NCBI GenBank assembly: GCA_964016885.1 | Contig: OZ024740.1 | Coordinates: 370,946,001-371,010,000 of the forward strand | Source of the DNA: Eledone cirrhosa | Taxonomy: Eukaryota | Direction of reading: 5' to 3' | Length of the DNA stretch: 64,000 nucleotides | In this document: positions 59,610 through 64,000 of the stretch, one piece after another | Layout of the letters: each line of letters starts with the position of its first letter | Numbering within the stretch: the stretch's first letter is position 1 | Notes under the pieces: model-generated | What the model was told of the DNA's origin: nothing | The model's input: the letters and a program-made list of their open reading frames with translations, nothing else | Databases searched by the model: none | Made by a program: the position numbers and the translations under genes

Positions 59610-60000
59610 CATGAAGGCACATGGCTTAGTGGTTAGAGCATTGGGCTTGCAATCGAAAGGTTGTGAGTTCAATTCCCGGACCGGATGATGTGTTGTTTCC
59701 TTGAGCAAGACACTTTATTTCACATTGCTCCAGTTTACTCAGCTGTAGAAATAAGATGATAGGACTGCAGTCCCTATCATTCCACTGCAAAGTGGTTGTG
59801 GAGGTACCACAACAAAAAAAAAAAAAAAAAGCACCCAGCACTCACTGTAAATGAGGTTGGTCTTAGGAAGGGCATCAAGCCAGAATCAGTTCCCGTATGA
59901 GCAAGACAAGGTCAGCCGACCGGACACTGCCCACAACAGAATAACCCGTCTAACCCATGCTAGCGTGGAAGAACAGACATAAAACGGTGATGATGATGAA
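59610..60000 (+). mobile_element. tRNA-headed SINE family E with a (GAT)n tail
   Basis: A/B boxes TGGCTTAGTGG and GAGTTCAATTCC, central TCCTTGAGCAAGACACTT, GGAAGGGCATC motif, tail AACCCATGCTAGCGTGGAA...GATGATGAT. Fragments at about 48480-48695, 53615-54000(-), 54790-55190, 55600-55672, 55850-56095 and 62470-62640. Confidence 0.8.
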
Positions 60001-60281
60001 GATTTAATGCTCTACAATAGTTTCAATAGAAAGGGAGGTGACTACTATGAAAAATTTATGTAGCAGTTTGAGATATTGTATATACTTGAATATAGGCCAA
60101 ACTGGATATAAGCTGACCCCTATTTTATGTCTGAGAAATGGACAAAAGTCCAAACCCCTTTTATAAGCCAAGGCAGCTAATCAGCACATTATGGCGCTGT
60201 TTTGAAATTCTCATGAATGGAAAGAATATTTACGAAATTTTAATATTTTGATATTTAAAATGTTTCAGGTGTCATTTAGAA

Positions 60282-63200
60282 CAGTGCTTCTCAAACTATC
60301 TGATGTGGCGGACCAGCATTTTTTTTTCAATGTGCCACGTACTGCTAATATTTTGTAGTAATATTAATTAATACCGGAAACGATATATATAATGAATATA
60401 ATAAAAGTTGACCATTTTTTTATCTTCTATTTATTTTGTAAACAGATAATACAATATCAAAATATATAAAAAAGTAATAAAAAACATAACAAGCAGTTTA
60501 TTAACACAAAAATAAAAATTATATAACCTTAATCTTTACTAGTGTGAAAGGTGAGCCTGCTTCTTCTTTGTCAGTTTATCCAGTCGTGGTTCAATTGAGG
60601 ACAGTGCCATGCGCATTGGAGAATGAATATCCATATTATTCCTGTACTTTATCTTAATAACACCCATGGTTGGGAAGCCAGTCTCGCAGACGTATGTTGA
60701 AGGAAATGGGAGAAGAGTTTTCAGAGCAATTTCACTAAGCTCAGGATATTCTGCTTTCACTTCTATCCAAAATGAACCAAGTGATGTAGTTTCGAAATTC
60801 CTCTTCAATCCTCCGTCAGCAGCCAGGCCAGCAATTTATCCTCCATACTGACACTTCAGTCATTTGCAGTGGAATAAACGGATTTCGGATCCATCCATTC
60901 CCTTTCCGTGGATCTTCTTCTGCTGGGAAGTAAAACTGAAACCGGTCTGCCAGATTCGTCAAATGTGTGTTCACTGATGACATTTTGTAGAGATGTAATA
61001 TCAAGGTCTTCGCCTGCATCACCGATGATTGTCGCTAATTGATGAAACATATCATAACAATCTCTTGACACTCGACTCTTCCATGCTTCTAGCTTTTGTT
61101 TCTGTCCGTCGATCTTGTTTGCCATTGTAAAACACCATCCTTCCCTGCATGGAGGTGTTGAGATCATTAACGATGGCAAAGATATCAGCCAAATAAGCCA
61201 GTTTGGCTAGCCAATGCACATCTGTGAACAATTGTGACCAATTTGGTTTTTGTCCTGAAGAGACTCGAAAAGCTTGTTTCGTAGCTCAAATACTCTTGAC
61301 AGGACTTTATCCCTCGATAGCCAACGTACATCGGCATGCAATAGGAGCTATTTGTGATCAGCTTCCATATTATCACATAATGCAGAATTTAAAGCATTTG
61401 CCTTTACATGGTTCACAATTTTTACAATCTCACTGAGTACACTGTTTAGTTTTGTGGAAATTTTTTTGGTTGCAAGACTTTCTCGGTGAAGGAAGCAGTG
61501 CGTCGACTTGAATTCTGGGGCATGCGCCTTAATCTGGGTAACCACTCCCGAATACCGTCCTATCATGCGGCAGCGCCATCAGAACACACGCCTACACAAA
61601 ACTTGAAATCCAACCCACATTTGTTAACGATGTAGTCACTCACAGTTTTGAACACTTCAGAACTAGTTGTTTTTGTTGGTAGTGAAGCAGAGGAAAAAAA
61701 CTCTTCCTTCAAATCAGCTTCATGTTCAAAGCACACATACACCATCAGAATTGCCTGATTAACAAAGTCTGTACATTCATCAAGCTGCAAAGAAAAGTAC
61801 TTTGCTAATTTAATTTGTTCTATGAGCTGATCTTCCATATCGTGAGCCAGATCGTGAATTCGTCGAGCTATAGTGTCATTTGAAAGTGGCACCTGAGCCG
61901 CTTTCTTTGCTGCTGGCTCGCCTAGCATTTCCATGCAGACATCTTAATACAGCCTATCACTAGCATCTCACCGATTGTGTATGGCTTTTTAGCCTTGGCA
62001 ACTCGAAGTGCTACTTTATAAGAAGCCCGCAAAGCATAAGTATTTATGTGTGACACTTCTGTTTCTGACGGCCTTTTAAATCAACATGCTTTCTTTCAAA
62101 GAACTCTTTTGGCTTTGAACTCATTTCTTTATGTTTTGTATTTAAATGTCTCTTGAGATTTGATGGCTTCATTGACTCGTTAGCCAACACTTCTCCACAA
62201 ATTACACACTGTGGTTTTTGCATTCCCCCATCATTCGTGGCTACAAAACCGAATTGAATGTATGAGGAGTCATATTTCCGAGTAAAGCTAGTACAAATTC
62301 TTTTTCCCTGCAATACTTTGGTTTCATTTACATCGCCTTCATCTGATTCAAAATTACTTGCGGGTTCAGCAACCGGATGTTTTGGCTTGATAAATATGTC
62401 CATAGGGCCTCGCTTCGCCATCTGTAAATTAGGGATAGAAATAATTAATATAAATTCCATAACCCCAGGTATATACTTCTGACTTCCTCGTGAGCACCGT
62501 GTGTTGCAAGCCAAAAATTGACTTATGGTGAACCAGTTAGCCGCTACCTGAGGCCCTCCATATATACCACACTCTGCTAGCGTGGAAAATGGACGTTAAA
62601 CGAAGAAGATGATGATGAGATGATGATGATGATGATGATGATTTCACAAGTCTATTCACCCCCAAAAAAATAAAAGGGGGGTTCAACATACAAACTGCTT
62701 CTCGTAAGTACTAGAGAAACTTCCCTAAAAAACTTATAGCAATCTCCTTCAGACAGATTTCTTCACATGGCATATTACACAAAACTTGGGGTTTATTTCA
62801 TCTCCAGGGCACTAGGGAATTTACAAAATTAACAGGGGAAGGCAGGGGTGTAGGCATATATGGGTGTATTGTCTGGTTTGGGGGAGGCGTGAAGGGGATG
62901 ACGTCTGTTTGATGGCGTCGAGGCGAATTGTTTAGCGTTACTTATCCACTCTCCTAATCTTGATCACTCCAGCAAATATATATCATCTACTTCTCTACAT
63001 CCTTATACGTCATAATCTCAATACCACAAGGCCAGATGACACTTCTTTTTATCATGAGAAAGGAATGAATACAGAACAAGTCAGTCACCTGTTTGATGGC
63101 GTCGAGGTGTGAGAGGAGGTTAAGGGATTACAGAGGGCATAAAATTAATTTACTGAGGGAATACCACATAAATAATGTTTTTTTACTGTTAAGAATTAAT

Positions 63201-63758
63201 CAGGCTATTTTAAGCGTGAGAAAACAGTTACATTAAGGGAAGAAATAATTTATTTGAGGATACGGGCCGAAGTAAAGGGAGCATGGTTTTGAAGGGAGAC
63301 TAAAGTATCATTGGCGGCATTACAATATCACAAATATACTACATTTACTTAAATAATCTCTACCACAGCTGGTAAGTACCACGCATCACCACCGGCCAAC
63401 TGATAAGTTGTTTACTTACTGCAGTAGGTCGTTTAGTCACCGAAACTGATGCTGCACGGTCCATTTTCTGTTATTTGACTTTCTTTCTTCATAGAAAACT
63501 ATGATATATTATCAACTTATATTTTTACTATCAGGTTAATTTACTTATTATTGTCATATAATTTTCACCCCCAGTTTTCATTATATAAAGACAAATTACT
63601 GAAACTAGCAGTCACAGCCTAAAATTTCCTTGAAATTCCTTAGATTCTACCAATTCCTCAAATGATTCCTAAGCATGGCCTGGACACTGGCTGTGTACCG
63701 GTAGCTGATGGCTCGCGTACCGGCACCGGTCCGCGGACCACCACTTTGAGTAGCACTG
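60282..63758 (-). mobile_element. hAT transposon, Buster/Charlie (ZBED5-like) type, full length
   Basis: TIRs CAGTGCTTCTCAAA / TTTGAGTAGCACTG (13/14 match); 8-bp TSD ATTTAGAA/ATTTAGAG with central TA. Confidence 0.92.
60539..62421 (-). pseudogene. Frameshifted hAT (Buster) transposase
   Basis: BED finger PQCVICGEVLANESMKPSNLKRHLNTKH; LSNDTIARRI; FSLQLDECTD; CSDGAAAM; HCFLHRE; dimerisation domain FW..VKAEYPELS..ALKTLLPFPSTYVCE.GF...QAHLSH; split over several ORFs. Confidence 0.9.
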
Positions 63759-64000
63759 ATTTAGAGTGTAGTTTTTGTTTCACAAATCCACAACATAATG
63801 ACTTTTTTACCATTTCATAAAGTTTTAAGTTTCTCTAATTTTTTTTTATTTTCGGCGACTCAAATGCTGGGAGTATTTTGTAGTTGTTTCTTTAAACAGA
63901 CAATAGCCCCATCTCCTTGAATGTAACAGATTTTTATTTAAAATACACATCGAATGGAATGCACACCGTGAAAAAATTGAAAAAAATTTAACGTTGTAAA

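Noticed and set aside
59612-59685. tRNA gene
   Set aside because: The tRNA-like head continues into a SINE body and tail; the same applies to family A heads.
60539-62421. Domesticated ZBED-like gene
   Set aside because: Multiple frameshifts with intact TIRs and TSD indicate a decaying transposon copy.

Overview
AT-rich, microsatellite-dense eukaryotic (animal) DNA. The tRNA-derived SINEs, (TA)n/(CA)n tracts and a lone multi-finger C2H2 ZNF gene point to a coleoid cephalopod, probably Octopus (inference). The only intact host-type gene is a 10-finger C2H2 zinc-finger ORF (58201-59328, minus). The rest is mobile DNA: two Penelope-like elements (Naiad-like 9.3-13.75 kb, Neptune-like 26.4-28.1 kb), an R4/Dong RLE-LINE in (TAA)n, a CRE-like RLE-LINE, RTE fragments, two related non-autonomous Helitrons, a young non-autonomous LTR element, a Buster-type hAT, a mariner remnant, MITEs and many SINEs. 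The most striking unexplained pattern is a set of at least 10 short, mostly fold-back (palindromic or inverted-repeat) elements of several families embedded in (TA)n tracts. They carry minimal type I hammerhead ribozyme (HHR) motifs like those of Penelope pLTRs, and in one family the fold-back point falls at HHR stem II in all four copies.
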